A DNA stretch of 64,000 bases from Basidiobolus meristosporus CBS 931.73. Lineage: Eukaryota; Fungi; Basidiobolomycota. Below the pieces are notes generated by a model that was not told the DNA's origin, did no database searches, and saw only the letters and a list, made by a program, of their open reading frames with translations. The stretch covers positions 22,654-86,653 of the forward strand of contig MCFE01000368.1 in assembly GCA_002104905.1 (NCBI GenBank). The letters run 5' to 3'. The translations under genes and the position numbers were made by a program. This document shows, in pieces, positions 38,117 through 50,876 of this stretch. Numbering within the stretch: the first letter of the stretch is position 1; every line of letters begins with the position of its first letter.

Positions 38117-39351
38117 TTGGTTTGGCTCACTTCCATATATATGCCACCAAAAAATAGAGCAAAGTTGTCTGGCTCCCAACCAAACCCCACTGCTGACTGC
38201 AGCAGAAGAACAGTTAGACAAAAGATTGCTTTGGCATTCTGTGCAAAAAGCAGGGCTACATCTAAAAAAGACCATGTTGACAATGTGCCAACTGAAGGTA
38301 ATAATGTAGACTCCTCAGGCTATCAGTCAAGTAAGCAATTGAGAGCCTTTGTGGAGCCACAAGCTGACCATTATGTTAAAGCAGATGAAAATATAGCAAG
38401 CACAGTACCCTCAGTTGAAGACCCGCAAGTAGCAGTGGAAGACCTGGCAGTGATCAAAATCAGTGGCTTTTACAGGACCCCATCACAACTATGGTTGAGA
38501 GCTTAAAACAAGCAGAAAAGAAACATCAGGAGGCCAGAATAGTGCCAGCAAGGGTCAAGCAGGCCAAAACAGATGCATCAGAGCTGAATTTAGCAAGGAG
38601 AAGATGTAGTTCATCACAAGAAGTACTTGAACAATGTAGCAGTGAAAGACCTGGCAGTGATAAAGGAAAAGGCAAAGGGAGAAATGTCTACCCATGCCGG
38701 AGATATGAAGCATGCAGAAAAAATGCAGTTCTTTCCAATTAATGCCACAAGCCTGGAACAAACTGAATCCCATCATAGCCAAGAATAGTTACCAACAAGA
38801 AAGCAACTGCATTCACAAGAGTTGGAAGCACAGCCAGTTGAGATTCAGTCCAGTGAGGTAGATGAGTTTGCAGAAAAGGGCAATGCATCTACCACAGCAT
38901 CCATTTACTCCATTGTGGACGGAGTGGAAATCCCACTGACTGACAAGGCTACATTGTCAAGAACTTGAAAGACTATGATGATGCCTTCAGTGGAATTTTG
39001 GAACATTAATAGCCATGCCTAGAGGTTGCAGCACTTTGTTGAGTGCAATACTTAAGAAAATGCACTTGGATATTGCAAGGATTTACAGCAAGGACTGGCA
39101 GATGAAGTGCTGGACCTTGCCATGCTGGCTGAAGACCACAATGTGCGGGAACCAGTGAATGAAAAGTAGCATAAAGTCATTGGGTTTCCGCAAAAGTTGT
39201 GGAACCAGAGCATTACTGCAGATATACTTATTGAGTGGTGGACTTTGATGGAGTTACTTGCTGAGTGTGGGGTTAGGCTTAAAGTTAGTGTAGGGTGTAG
39301 GGTCTTGTATAGGTCAATACAATTGGCAACTGAGGCACAACTAAAGCTTCA
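38117..39351 (+). pseudogene. Accessory ORF of the tnp2-type element, divergent from the transposase
   Basis: Same layout (transposase minus, ~500-bp spacer, ORF2 plus) recurs at 51796-56600. Confidence 0.6.
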
Positions 39352-39355
39352 ACGG

Positions 39356-40159
39356 TGTGGTGGTGTAGAGGTACTCCTGGGAGAAGCTAAACAACTCAAG
39401 GTGTGTGAGGTGTCTGATGGGTGCAATAACCTCTGTGTCTAAACTGCTGGTGTCTTTGTCAATATGTCACTATGGTAAAAGCTCATGCTTCTCTAGCTTC
39501 CTAGGTGCTCCAAGTGTCTCCAAAGGCCTCTGTGTGTCTTGTGCACTACCCTGAAAAGCTCCTTGATGGCAGGTCTGAGATGTACTGTTGAAGGCAGGTG
39601 CAGTGATCAACTGCTAATCAATAAGGTAGAAGTGTTACTGATAGAAGGGATCATTTATTGATGAGGGATTGCTTTCCCTTAAATACTTTTCCTGATTGCC
39701 AAGTGATTACTAATGACAAGGTTCTAGAAGATTCTAGGTATCAGTGGAATTCTTGATGACATCACTATGAGCTAAAAATATGCCAAGAATGTCCTGGAAG
39801 GTTCTAAAAGGCACAGCACTCTCAACCAATCAGGAATCAGTAGTCTGAAACCTGTGCAACATAGAAATACCATATATGGTATTGAAATGGTAGAGATGGT
39901 AACACAGACCTAGGTCATGTGTCACGGGTACTGACACGGGTACTTGCCTTATATAGATACATCTACTGATCACAAAGCTGAATAACATCTGGGATAACTA
40001 ATGCTAATAACTAATCAGGGTAAACATCATATGAGGATAATACTGATAATATGGGCAAAAGAAGAATGGGATAATACTGATAAGATAAAATATGGATAAG
40101 TATATCATAATGACTATATGAATAAACTTGTCTGTGGGAGGTATGTTTACCCTACCACA
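39356..40159 (+). repeat. 804-bp solo LTR with 4-bp TSD ACGG
   Basis: TGTGGT...ACCACA termini; ACGG at 39352-39355 and 40160-40163; empty paralogous site TCA-ATGG-AAATAAA at 33041-33054; near-identical inverted copy at 60110-60913. Confidence 0.9.
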
Positions 40160-41537
40160 ACGGAAATAAATCAATTTGTACACATGAGAAGTAAGAGAAA
40201 TGGCTGAGACAGGAAGTAAGGAGTATGAAAAGAGGCAATAGCCAATCAATTCACACAAATGTAGAAGGTGCTAGAGTGTCTGGGATCACAAGGTGAGCAA
40301 ATTGGCAGGGAGCCAATCAAAAGCCACTTACATACTGCTGTGATGAGAAATCTTGACCAAATTTTTGTGAAATCTGGGGTGCATTATTTTTAAACAGTCT
40401 CCAGATGGGGTCCTGACAGGATCAGTACCTCTTAGTAATGGGACTTTAAATTTGTGATGGCCTTTTGACAGGATCATCACAATAACTTTTCATAGAGTAT
40501 CCTTCATGTGCCAACTCATCACATCCATGATGGACTTGTAGGTTATATTCTGGATGAGATTGGGATAAGCTAATACCTGCAACTTGACTAGTCTTTCTAT
40601 CTCTCTGCATATCCACGCTATAAGAAACTCCAGAAGATAAGCAAGTTCAACTTGATAACTTATATAGGGATATTGTTGAAAGCAAATGCATTGCTCCCTG
40701 TGGAAAGCTTCTACTCTAACTGGTACCCACTACTTCAAATATCTCACATTTCCAATTGATTCCATATTCCAACCAATGGGCTATAGCTTGCCAACTTTGC
40801 TGCAACTGCATGCTGACTTCTGTACATTCTCTTTTTGGTAAGATGATGCTCTTAGTGTTGGTGTTTGGATAATAATAATAGGCTTGTCCTGTTGAATAGT
40901 GCCAGATTGATCTGGCGCTCTATGGCACCATTTGACACTATAATTTCTACCATCATGCCAGTGGTAGGATATAGTTACTGGTGACTTTGTCCAGTCTTAC
41001 TTATGTTGCTCAGAATAGTTCTTTCCTTGCTTTACTACTTTTTATGATGCTTCAAACACATTTTTCTTAGTGAATATTTGTTGTAGGAATATATCATGCA
41101 TTTATAAGTATGTTAAGTAATTTACCTATTCTGCTGTTCTCTCCTGGATATGACTTTCCTCTGTATTCACCTGCAAAAATGCTGAATCTCTACAGATATC
41201 CAAATGTATGCTCTACTCTCACTCTCTAATGATTGAATATCTCATTGTAGAGCTTCTGTTTCCTGCTAGGCACACCATTTCTTGGCTTCCTATAGGCTGT
41301 AATATATCCTAATCTCTGACAATCCTCCCCTATAAAAGCTAAGTCTGCCATACATTTCTCCCCTTTACAGAATTCTAGATGCTTCTCTATCCTGATTGTT
41401 TTGTCATGTTCACCTCCAGCAAATGACCCACCAAACTAGATGATGTTACCCCAATGTCAGACAGTGCTTGGAACTTCATAACATATGCTTTGTATTTGCC
41501 AGAATAAAAGTGTCTCTACTCTCTGGAAGGTCTATTA

Positions 41538-44500
41538 TGTTGTGAGAGTCTTGGAGATATTGGAAGTGATTTGGAGTACAAGTAGATTATGTGGTTTTTA
41601 CTTGATGATTTATTGAATGTAAAAGTAGTATTTATACTTTTACCTGGTCTTGGCATTACAAACATGTAGGATAGGTTAAGGAAGGTCCCAAGAACATGTG
41701 TGCAAAGTTTGGGGCTGTTTGGACAACTCTGAGAATTTTTGTGTTCTGGGTACCTGGTATTTTGGTGAAAATATTCCAAGTAAATCCCAACAAGGAATTT
41801 GGTCAGTATTCTCTAGGATTTGAAGGTGATGATCTAAGTGACTAAGTTAGGTGAATATTTAGGTGGAATTCCGAATTTTTACTACACTCCCACTCAGCTA
41901 AATGTTCATACTGACTAGTCCTAATTTTGACCTAAGATATTCAAACTTGTCTCTAGCTAATGGTTTGGTAAATATGTCTGCAATCATTTCATCTGTAGGA
42001 CATTAAACTAAGCTAACTAAGTTATTCTCTATAGCTTCTTGTATGAAATGATGTCTAATATCTATGTGCTTGGTTCTAGCATGAAAAGTTGGATTTCTAT
42101 CTAATTGTATACATCCTTGATTATCTTGAAATAAAGTAATAGGCATTTTTTGACATAGGCCTAAATCTGTAACGAGCTTTCTTAACCACATTGCTTCTTT
42201 TGTAGCTTCACAGGCTGCCATATACTCTGCCTCTGTAGTAGAAAGTGCTACGGTTGGTTCCTTTCTTGAATTCCATGAAATTGCTCCTTTACAGTAAAGA
42301 AAGGTGTATCCTGTGGTGGATCTTCTGTCTTACAAATTTTGTCCCCAGTCAGCATCAGAGTATCCCACAAGATCCTGTTCTGAATCATTATAAGTGTATC
42401 TTAAGCAGATATCAGCAGTTCCTTTTAGGTATCTAAAAATCCGCTTAACTGCTGCAATATGAGCAGATCCATAGTTCTGATTATGTTGGCTGACAACTCC
42501 CACTGAATATGAGATATTTGGACATGTTCCAAGCATGATATAGATCAGACTGCCAACCATGGATTGATACGGAAAGTCAGGGCTTTCAGATGGCACCAAG
42601 CTGTCTTGATTTGGTTGAGTTTTGACCAAGATAAGGTTTGTCTCCATTTGGGTAGCTGCCGGTTTACAGTCTTCCATTTTGTACTTCTTTAGTTTATCTT
42701 GAATATACTTGGATTGGCTTAGGGTAATAGTCTGGGTACTTCTGTCTATGGAGAACTTAATCCCTAAGTAGTAACTAAGTTCTCCTAGATTGGACATCTT
42801 GAACTCCTTAGATAGGCTGGATTTAGTCTCTTTCAATGTTTCTAGGTTGTTGGTGGCTATAATAAGATCATCCACATATAGAGCTAATAGAACTGGATTT
42901 GCTCTATCTGGCTTATAATATATACTATAGTCAGCATTACTCCTTTTGAAACTCAAAGATTCCAAATAAGAATCTATCTTGCAATTCCAGGCTCTTGGTG
43001 ATTGTTTGAGACCCTATAGTGACTCTTTAAGCTTGTAGACCAAATGGGGGTTATCTTGGTCAACAAACCCATCAGGCTGGTCCATATACACTTCCTCCTC
43101 AAGTTCTCCATTCAAAAATGCAGTTTTTGCATCCATTTGATGAATAAAAAACTTATATTTGGCTGCAATAGCCAATATTAATCTGATGGAATTAAACTTG
43201 GCTACAGGTGCAAAGGTCTCAGTATAGTCAAGTCCTTTTGTTTGAGAGTATCCTTTGGCTACAGGTCTTGCTTTGTATCTTTCAATTGTACCATCAGCCT
43301 TGTATTTTGTCTTGAAGACCCATCTGCATCCAATTGATTTTTGGTTGATTGGTAATTTGACTAAGTCCCAAGTTTGATTTTCCATCAGGGCCTGATATTC
43401 CTCAGTCATTGCAGATCTCCAAAACTTTGTCTGAGGGCTATTTAGGGCCTCTTTTACAGTCTGGTGCTCATCAATATGGACTGAATAGGCATAGGCTAAG
43501 TTTGTACCATCATTGATATAGCAATTTGGGCTATTTCTTGTCCAATTGGATCTCCGGGCATTTGATACTGGAATGATCACTTCTGGGATATTCCTGGGCA
43601 CTGATTCTGGCTGAACCATGGTTGTAGAGTCCTCTGGAGTGAAAAAAATTTCATTGTTTTGCTCTGATTCAATTATGACAATTGGTGGACTTGAGATCCA
43701 ATTTTTGTCATCATCTGATGTCATTTTTTGTGAAAGTTTCGAATTTTCATCAAACAACACATCCCTGAACTTGATCAGCTTCTTTGCTTTGGTATTGTAG
43801 AGTATGTATGCCTTACTCTCATTGCAGTAGCCCAAAAATATGCATTTTACACTTTTTGGCTCAAATTTTGACTGATTTCCGGCCAGTTTTTTGGCATATG
43901 CTGTACACCCAAATATTCCTAGATGTTCTGCACTTGGTCTGTATCCATACCATGCTTCATATGGAGTAGAATCACAAAGTATTCTGTTATAACTCCTATT
44001 TTTAAGGTGTACAGCAGTGGCAACTGATTCCGCCCAAAAATCATAGGATAATTTTTGATCATGGATCATAGATCTTGCCATATCAATTATTGATCTGTTA
44101 GCATGTTCTGCTACTCCATTTTGCTGTGGGGGGTATGGTACAGTAGTCTCTTGCTTTGTCCCATGAATTTTGCAGAAGTGGATGAAGAGTTTTGAGGTAT
44201 ATTCTCCACCATTGTCAGAGCGTATTTTCTTGATTTTTTCACCAGTTTCTCTCTCCACCATGGCTTTAAACTCCCTGAACTTAGACAGAGCTTCTTCCTT
44301 TCTCTCCATGAAGTAGACCCATGTGTATCTTGTATAATCATCAATAAAAGTGATTAAATACTTCATCCCGCCTAAGGATAAATTTTGCATAGGTCCACAC
44401 AGATCTGAGTGAATTAGATCTAATTTTTTCTTAGTTTTGATTAACCCAGAGCTCTGGAATGGTTGTCTGGCTTGTTTCCCATATATGCAGGCTTCACAGT

Positions 44501-46221
44501 GCTCCAAATTAGCTGGGGGATCAATTTTCACTCCAGAAATTAGCTGATCTTTGATCATTTTACGCAAATAATCAAAATTGATGTGCCCAAATCTCCTGTG
44601 CCAAAGCATTGGTGTTTCTTCATTCATGTTACTTATATTGGCTTCCAGATATTATGGAATATAAGTCAACTTGTATAGATTGTGATCTCTGATGCCTGAA
44701 GCAATATGGGCACCATTTTGATCTGTGATCCTGCATCCAGAATTGTCAAAACTGAAACTGAGTCCTTCTGCTGTGGCCTTGCTTACAGTGAGTAGGTTCT
44801 TGGCTATTTCTGGTACATAGAGTACTTCTTTAAAGGTCAGTGTATGGCTTCCTTCACTCCTTCTAAGGTTTACTTGGATAGTTCCTTCTCCCACTGCATC
44901 AAGTGCTCTATCATCACCCATGAAAACCTTCTTAATTGGAATTTCTTGATATTGGGTAAAAAGTTCTTTTTGGTGTGTAAAGTGTTGAAATGCTCCAGAG
45001 TCAATATACCATGTCTGGGAATCCTTGCTTGTGGTAATATTTAGTGCAGATATGAATAGTCTATCTTCAGTTGTCGCAGCATTTCCATATTCAGGCTTCT
45101 TTTGCTGATTATCTTTCTTTTTGAGTCACTGGTCTGATGTGTGTCCTTTCCTTTTGCAGTAGTTACAAAATAGGTTGCTGTTGCCTTTGTAGGGTCTTGG
45201 GTACCTCCTTTGTTGGTTATCATTGCTTATTAAAGCATTTTCTTCTTCCTTCTTATTAGCGCTTGATTTTCTTAATTCTTCATCCAGGAGCCTTCCATAT
45301 ACGTAATTTAAGGTCAAATCTTCAGTTCTGGACTCTAGGGCTGATACAAGGCCCTGAAACCCATCTGTCAGGCTATTCAGGATGGTAACTATGACATCCT
45401 CATCAGTAGTTGGTACACCCACAGATTCCATCTCATCTACCAGCAGGGTAATTCTGTTAATTAAATTTTCATTTCTTCTCCTGGCAGCATCTTTGTAGTA
45501 AAGAATTTTCTTCTCAGATACATCTTCTTAGCAGCTGAACATGACTGGTAGGTGTCCTCTAATGCTTTCCAGGCATTCTTTGCCGTTTTTGCTCTTGAGC
45601 ATTGAATTAGCAATTTGTCCTTGACATTAAGGCAAATGCAGTTAAAGGCACTTTGTTCTTTCTTCTAGTACTTTAAGGCTTCCTCTCCCACGTTTTTAGG
45701 AGGGCATTCTTCTCCAATGACAATATCCCAAAGGCCTCTTTCTTGTAGCAGCATCTTCATCTTCACCTTCCACACTTGGTAGTTAGATCCATCCACCTTT
45801 TCAGCAGAGGGAAAAACTCCAGTAATAGCAGTAGTAGACATTGCAGAGAGTGACAGCTTGGGGCTCATAACCTGTTGTAAGAGTCTTGGAGATATTGGAA
45901 GTGATTTGGAGTACAAGTAGATTATGTGGTTTTCACTTAATGATTTATTGAATGTAAAAGTAGTATTTATACTTTTACCTGGTCTTGGCATTACAAACAT
46001 GTAGGATAGGTTAAGGAAGGTCCCAAGAACATGTGTGCAAAGTTTGGGGCTGTTTGGACAACTTTGAGAATTTTCATGTTCTGGGTACCTGGTATTTTGG
46101 TGAAAATATTTCAAGTAAGTCCCGACAAGGAATTTGGTCAGTATTCTCTAGGATTTGAGGGTGATGATCTAAGTGACTAAGTTAGGTGAATATTTAGGTG
46201 GAATTCCAAATTTTTACAACA
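41538..46221 (-). mobile_element. Full-length Copia family A element with few lesions
   Basis: 349-bp LTRs 41538-41886 and 45873-46221 (about 12 mismatches), TSD TATTA, PBS GGTTATGAGCCC, PPT AGTGGGAG, gag-PR-IN-RT-RH domain order. Confidence 0.96.
43014..44627 (-). CDS. Copia pol fragment: GAG-pre-integrase, integrase, start of RT
   Basis: LWHRRFGH, CEAC, IHSDLCGP, FIDDYTR, RSDNGGEY, PQQNGVAE, KARPVAKGYSQ. Confidence 0.9.
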   Translation of the reverse strand: MNEETPMLWHRRFGHINFDYLRKMIKDQLISGVKIDPPANLEHCEACIYGKQARQPFQSSGLIKTKKKLDLIHSDLCGPMQNLSLGGMKYLITFIDDYTRYTWVYFMERKEEALSKFREFKAMVERETGEKIKKIRSDNGGEYTSKLFIHFCKIHGTKQETTVPYPPQQNGVAEHANRSIIDMARSMIHDQKLSYDFWAESVATAVHLKNRSYNRILCDSTPYEAWYGYRPSAEHLGIFGCTAYAKKLAGNQSKFEPKSVKCIFLGYCNESKAYILYNTKAKKLIKFRDVLFDENSKLSQKMTSDDDKNWISSPPIVIIESEQNNEIFFTPEDSTTMVQPESVPRNIPEVIIPVSNARRSNWTRNSPNCYINDGTNLAYAYSVHIDEHQTVKEALNSPQTKFWRSAMTEEYQALMENQTWDLVKLPINQKSIGCRWVFKTKYKADGTIERYKARPVAKGYSQTKGLDYTETFAPVAKFNSIRLILAIAAKYKFFIHQMDAKTAFLNGELEEEVYMDQPDGFVDQDNPHLVYKLKESL

Positions 46222-48390
46222 TATTAATCCTGACCAGGAATATATCTAAGATACTACTGATATGTAACCTGTTGCCAAACACTCTGGGATATGGAAGTCT
46301 ATTGGAGCTTCTCAATATTCAAAACTAAATCATTCATACCCTTTGCAAGGTGGTTCTCCATTGCTGTCAGCTGAGAATGAAACCTCCTAGGACTTTTGTT
46401 GCCATGGATAATGGGTTGGAACCTTACAGGGCAATAGTTCTTGTAATAGCAGAGATGCTTAACAAGGGATCTCCTTGAGTATAATGGAATAGATGGGCTA
46501 CAGTGCTTGGCATGGATCACCTCTAATGTGTCAAAAGGAAATCCACTGGTAGTGGTGGGACCAATGAGAAAAGACCATATAACTGATGAAGTCATATTAA
46601 TATTGGTGAGTGATCAAGCAGGTGCAATTTAAGCTGATTTGGCACAATCAGTCTAATTTATCTAATTTTCCATCAATTATGATTAATCTTTGTTAATAGC
46701 CATGTCTCCCATCATCATTTTGCAAATATCATTCTCAAACAATGACTTGATTGTTTTATTGATAATTTACTAGCAAGTCTATTACCAAGTAGGAAATCTG
46801 CAACTGATGTGATCTGATCTGTGTCAATGTGATCCAAGATGCATTATGCATAATATATGGGAAATTCAACAATCACATTAGTTCGAATGTAGATCTCATA
46901 TTAGACCAGGTTAATGCCAATATATCACTGCAAAAGTATACATATCTGTCACTATGGTCCCTATACCAAGTCCCAATTTATCTTCAGTATAACTCATACA
47001 AAACTTATCCCCCAGCTCATTAGCACAGTCTGGACTAGAGAAGACAATGTCAGATTGGTTTAAGTTCTTGCCAAATGATTTCAGTATGGTACAGGTGTTG
47101 ATGATGAGCCTTCATACAAATATTTGGGCACTACTCATTAATCTAGCACTACTGGATACCTCAGAGAACCTATGAAAAATTGTCTAGTCCTGTAGGTGGA
47201 TCCAATCTGGATCATCTGTCAGGATCCTGCCATGAGTCTGTCAAAATGCAACAGCTTGAAATTATTGACCCTCCACACAATCTTATGATGGGATTGTAAT
47301 GGCATTTAGCTGAATTTACTGGCAAATAAAGTATAAAACCTGACCATATTTTGGTGGTCTTTTAACAAGTACCTGCATAGCATTTCAACAGTCTTAATGT
47401 GCTCTAGATTTATTCAGGTGGACCTAACAGGCTAATATATCAAAATGTCTGATATAGTAAAAACTTGACAGTGATTTGATGGCCTCATTTCTCACCTCTG
47501 CCAGAACTATATTGGCAATACAGTGGCCTACAGCTAGTGCCGTATTATGCAGCCATACCAATTTACCAAAAGGTGTTTTTTTTTCTGCCCCCCTTGAGCC
47601 AATCATATTCCATGGTAGAATCACCCCTTTTTATTTGCTTACCTAATAGACTTGTTCCATCGTACCGTGCCAGGGCACGCGGCGCAATCCGCGGTTGCAA
47701 AGAACAATCGGGCGCGATATAATAGCTACCAGAAGGCAGGATTGTTCTTGGACAATTTCGCACTATGCGGGACGATCTCGCACACTATGGCACAATCTGA
47801 CACAATGAGGTTGGCGCGGATGATTGTGCCAACTTGTAATGCTTGCATCACGTGCACGATTGGATACCGCTATAATGGCAGGTAAAATCCGGTATTTGGA
47901 TATGTTTCTTTAATGTAAATGGAAATAAATGTGTATCACACTATAAACTACACTGATACTTACCATTTTGGTTACCCTCACTCCAATTGGACGGTATCTC
48001 AGTGGTTAATTGGTCCAAAAGTATCCTGAAGCTGGCAGCCCCCAATTGGCTCATTGACTACTGAAAAAGCTACCTGATTTGCCATCAAATATCCCATTTT
48101 GCCCATTGAGCAAGTAAATCCCTGATCCTAGTGATTGGGCAAGGTGTCATAGCTAGCACGCAAGCAATCGTGTAGGTGCAAAACAGATCCAATAGCTGCA
48201 CTGGTATTACAGATGACGTATATATATGCAGGGTGTTTATTTATAGGGGTTCTGTCTCAAATGTGAGACGACCTTGATATTACTTATATCAAAAATTTGA
48301 TGATCACTGATTTGCGATGGCTCAATTAGGATCGCAAAAAAAAAGGGTTGTCGGGATCATTACAAATGTGAGTGATTCAAAGCGATTGCA

Positions 48391-49632
48391 TCATCTTCTC
48401 CTGGGTTTTTTTCTCACAGGGATTACTACTGAAGCATTTGGTAGTGACTCACTTTGCACACCTATACTACTTCCTGGCTGACTATCATCTTGGCTACTTG
48501 TGTATTTGTAGTCAGTATTTTGCCTCCTAGTTGATGAGTGCGATGCTGCAGCTTGGCCGCGCTGAATTGCTCCAACTGAACCAACTGAACCAACTGAACC
48601 GGCCTGTAGTGCCACGCGCTGACGCGTTCTTTTACTTGCCAAGGGCTCCGGTGGTTGAGTCACTTCATGTTGGTCATCATCAGTCAGTTCACCAGAAGTA
48701 ACTCGCTGATGGTCAGGCAAAACGGCACACGCAGGCGCGCCTTGACGCGTTGAGATGGCCCTTGGCTGAGTTTGATGTGATGCCGCATGTTGACACGACT
48801 CGGTCCGCTCCAATGGACTTGTGTCTAAATGAGCAGTTTGGCAAGTTCTGGTAGTTTTGCTCTGAAGCGCGCGCGTTGACTCGACGCGGGGCGTTCTGGT
48901 AAAGGGTGTTGGCGTGGTCTGGACTGACGTGCGCCGGCACACTGTGGTTGCAAGAGATGGTAGGGAATCCAGCAAGGCGTGCTGGCGCGATCTGGACGAT
49001 GTTGCTTGCGGTCTGTATTCCTCCTCCTGAAGCTCACCATCTGATTCCTCAAGGTATTCACTTACCCTCTGTCTGATACTTTGGAGCTGTTGCCTGGATG
49101 AGTCCTGTGTATATTGCTCTTGGAAGCCACTTAGCTCTACTAATTTATCACGTAGTACATTAGTCATTTGAGGCAAAAACTCATTCAAAATCTCTTTGGT
49201 TCCCAAAGTTGAGGCACGAACGGACGCGTCCGGCCCGTACTGTGCAAATTGCGCGCGAAATTGTTCCCGCGCAGCTTCCTCGTCAAGTCCCCTCACTCTC
49301 AGCTCATTCTTGATTTCAATACTTGTCTTGTTATATATCATTTTACATACATCGGCTGGCATCTTGATGTAGAACTCATGCCACAGCTTTCTACTCAAAT
49401 TCTTCCATCTTTGTTGACTCTCTGAGGTATCTAGTTCTGCTAGATTAATCAGTAGTGCCCAAATATCTGTATGAAGGCTCATCATAGACACTTGGGCCAT
49501 ACTAAAATCATTTGGCGAGAACTCAAACGGATCCAACATCGACTTTTCCGGTCCGGACCGCGCTTGTGTGCTGGGGGATGGGTTTTGTCTGGGTTGTACT
49601 AAAGATGAGTTGAGGCTTGGTATGGGGACCAT
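48391..49632 (-). CDS. 413-aa accessory protein of the PHIS element
   Basis: Uninterrupted ORF; its ATG and N-terminus are conserved in copy 2 (46954-47175); QQRWKNLSRK resembles a Myb/SANT-like third helix; long S/T/R/Q-rich tail; C-terminal RKKPRRR NLS-like motif. Confidence 0.75.
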   Translation of the reverse strand: MVPIPSLNSSLVQPRQNPSPSTQARSGPEKSMLDPFEFSPNDFSMAQVSMMSLHTDIWALLINLAELDTSESQQRWKNLSRKLWHEFYIKMPADVCKMIYNKTSIEIKNELRVRGLDEEAAREQFRAQFAQYGPDASVRASTLGTKEILNEFLPQMTNVLRDKLVELSGFQEQYTQDSSRQQLQSIRQRVSEYLEESDGELQEEEYRPQATSSRSRQHALLDSLPSLATTVCRRTSVQTTPTPFTRTPRVESTRALQSKTTRTCQTAHLDTSPLERTESCQHAASHQTQPRAISTRQGAPACAVLPDHQRVTSGELTDDDQHEVTQPPEPLASKRTRQRVALQAGSVGSVGSVGAIQRGQAAASHSSTRRQNTDYKYTSSQDDSQPGSSIGVQSESLPNASVVIPVRKKPRRR

Positions 49633-49991
49633 AGCAACGGATTTGGATACTTATACAGCAGTATATTGGCATCAACCTGGTCTTATATGAAATATATATG
49701 AAAACTAAAGTGATTGTTGAATTTTCCATATATTATGCATGATGCATCTCGGATCACGTTGACATGGATCAGATCACATCAATCGCAGATTTCCTATTTG
49801 ATTATAGACCTATGATTAAAGCATCAATAAAAGTACCAAGGCATTGTTTGCGGATGATTTTTGCGACATAATGATGGGATACATGGCAATTGATGGAGAT
49901 TTAACCATAATGTGTTAAAAATCAGATAAATAACGCAGATCGCGCCAAATCGATTCAAACTGCCTCCATACAATCATCCATCAATTTTAAT
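49633..49991. promoter_or_regulatory. Putative bidirectional promoter between the two divergent ORFs
   Basis: 359-bp spacer between two ATGs, retains CpG, homologous to 46620-46953 in copy 2; function inferred from position only. Confidence 0.5.
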
Positions 49992-50876
49992 ATGACTTAC
50001 TCATCTGAATGGTCTTTTCTCATCAATCCCATCACTACCACTGGATTTCCTTTTGACACACTGGAGGAGATCTATTCCAAGTACTGTGGACCATCAACCC
50101 CAATCTACTCAAGGAGATCCCTTGTTAAGCTTCTCTGCTATTACAAGAACTATTGCCCTACAAGGTTTCATCCCACCATCCATGGCAACAAAAGTCCTAG
50201 AAGCTTTCATTCCCAGCTGACAGCAATGGAGAACCACCTTGCAGAGGGTATGAATGACTTAGAGCAAGCTTGGAATACTAGGTTCAGAAGCTCCAATAGA
50301 CTTCCATATCCCAGAGTGTTCAGCAACAGGTTCCATATCAGGAGTATTTTTGATACCTTCCCAGTGAGGATTAACAGACCTTCTAGAGGGCAGAGGCACT
50401 TTTATTCTGGCAAGTACAAGGCACACTGTGTGAAGTTTCAAGCACTGTCTGACATTGAGGGTAACATCATCTGGTTTAGTGGGCCATTTGCTGGAAGTAG
50501 GCATGACAAAGCACTCTGGGTAGAGAATCATCCTGAATTCAGTAGAGGGGAGAAATGTATGGCAGACTTGGCCTATATAGGAGAGGATTGTCAGAGATTA
50601 GGATGTATTACAGCTTATAGGAAGCCAAGGAATGGTGTGCTTAGCAGGAAGCAGAAGCTCTACAATGAGATATTTAATCATTTCAGAGTAAGGGTAGAGC
50701 ACACATTTGGATATCTGAAGAGATTCAGCATATTGGCAGGTAAATACAGAGGAAAGTCATATATAGGTGAAAACAGCAGAATAGGTAAAATAGTTAAGAT
50801 ACTTATCAATGCACAGTATGTTCATACAAGAAGACATCCACTGAGAGAAATGTGTCTGGAGCATTATGAAGAGTAA
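49992..50876 (+). CDS. 294-aa DDE transposase (DDE_Tnp_4 / IS5-ISL2-like)
   Basis: IFDTFPVRINRP..YSGKYKAHCVKFQ..GPFAGSRHD..MADLAYIG..RVRVEHTFGYLKRF; catalytic D, D, E present; no stops. Confidence 0.92.
   Translation: MTYSSEWSFLINPITTTGFPFDTLEEIYSKYCGPSTPIYSRRSLVKLLCYYKNYCPTRFHPTIHGNKSPRSFHSQLTAMENHLAEGMNDLEQAWNTRFRSSNRLPYPRVFSNRFHIRSIFDTFPVRINRPSRGQRHFYSGKYKAHCVKFQALSDIEGNIIWFSGPFAGSRHDKALWVENHPEFSRGEKCMADLAYIGEDCQRLGCITAYRKPRNGVLSRKQKLYNEIFNHFRVRVEHTFGYLKRFSILAGKYRGKSYIGENSRIGKIVKILINAQYVHTRRHPLREMCLEHYEE

Larger units (their letters stand above)
40880..47175 (-). mobile_element. Decayed PHIS-type element (copy 2) split by a Copia insertion
   Basis: AAT|AGGCTTGTCCTGTTG TIR at 40880; transposase 3' part to 41532 and 5' part 46227-46615; start of accessory ORF on + from ATG 46954; truncated at about 47175. 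Confidence 0.88.

Noticed and set aside
45665-46114. 149-aa ORF as a novel gene (also 41516-41779, 58312-58545)
   Set aside because: Read-through from the LTR across the PBS into gag; the true start is probably MSTTAITG
41538-46221. Classical Neurospora-type RIP as the sole mutational process
   Set aside because: CpG loss dominates, ORFs of repeated elements remain largely open, and LTR pairs differ by only a few percent
47643-47650. 5-bp TAATA or canonical TAA target duplication for the PHIS element
   Set aside because: TAATA is formally possible at this site, but the MITEs at 2026 and 54572 (with empty-site paralogues) fit a 3-bp ATT and TIRs beginning AG
48573-48601. (CCAACTGAA)3 as a regulatory repeat
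   Set aside because: In-frame GSV x3 microsatellite in the disordered tail of the accessory ORF
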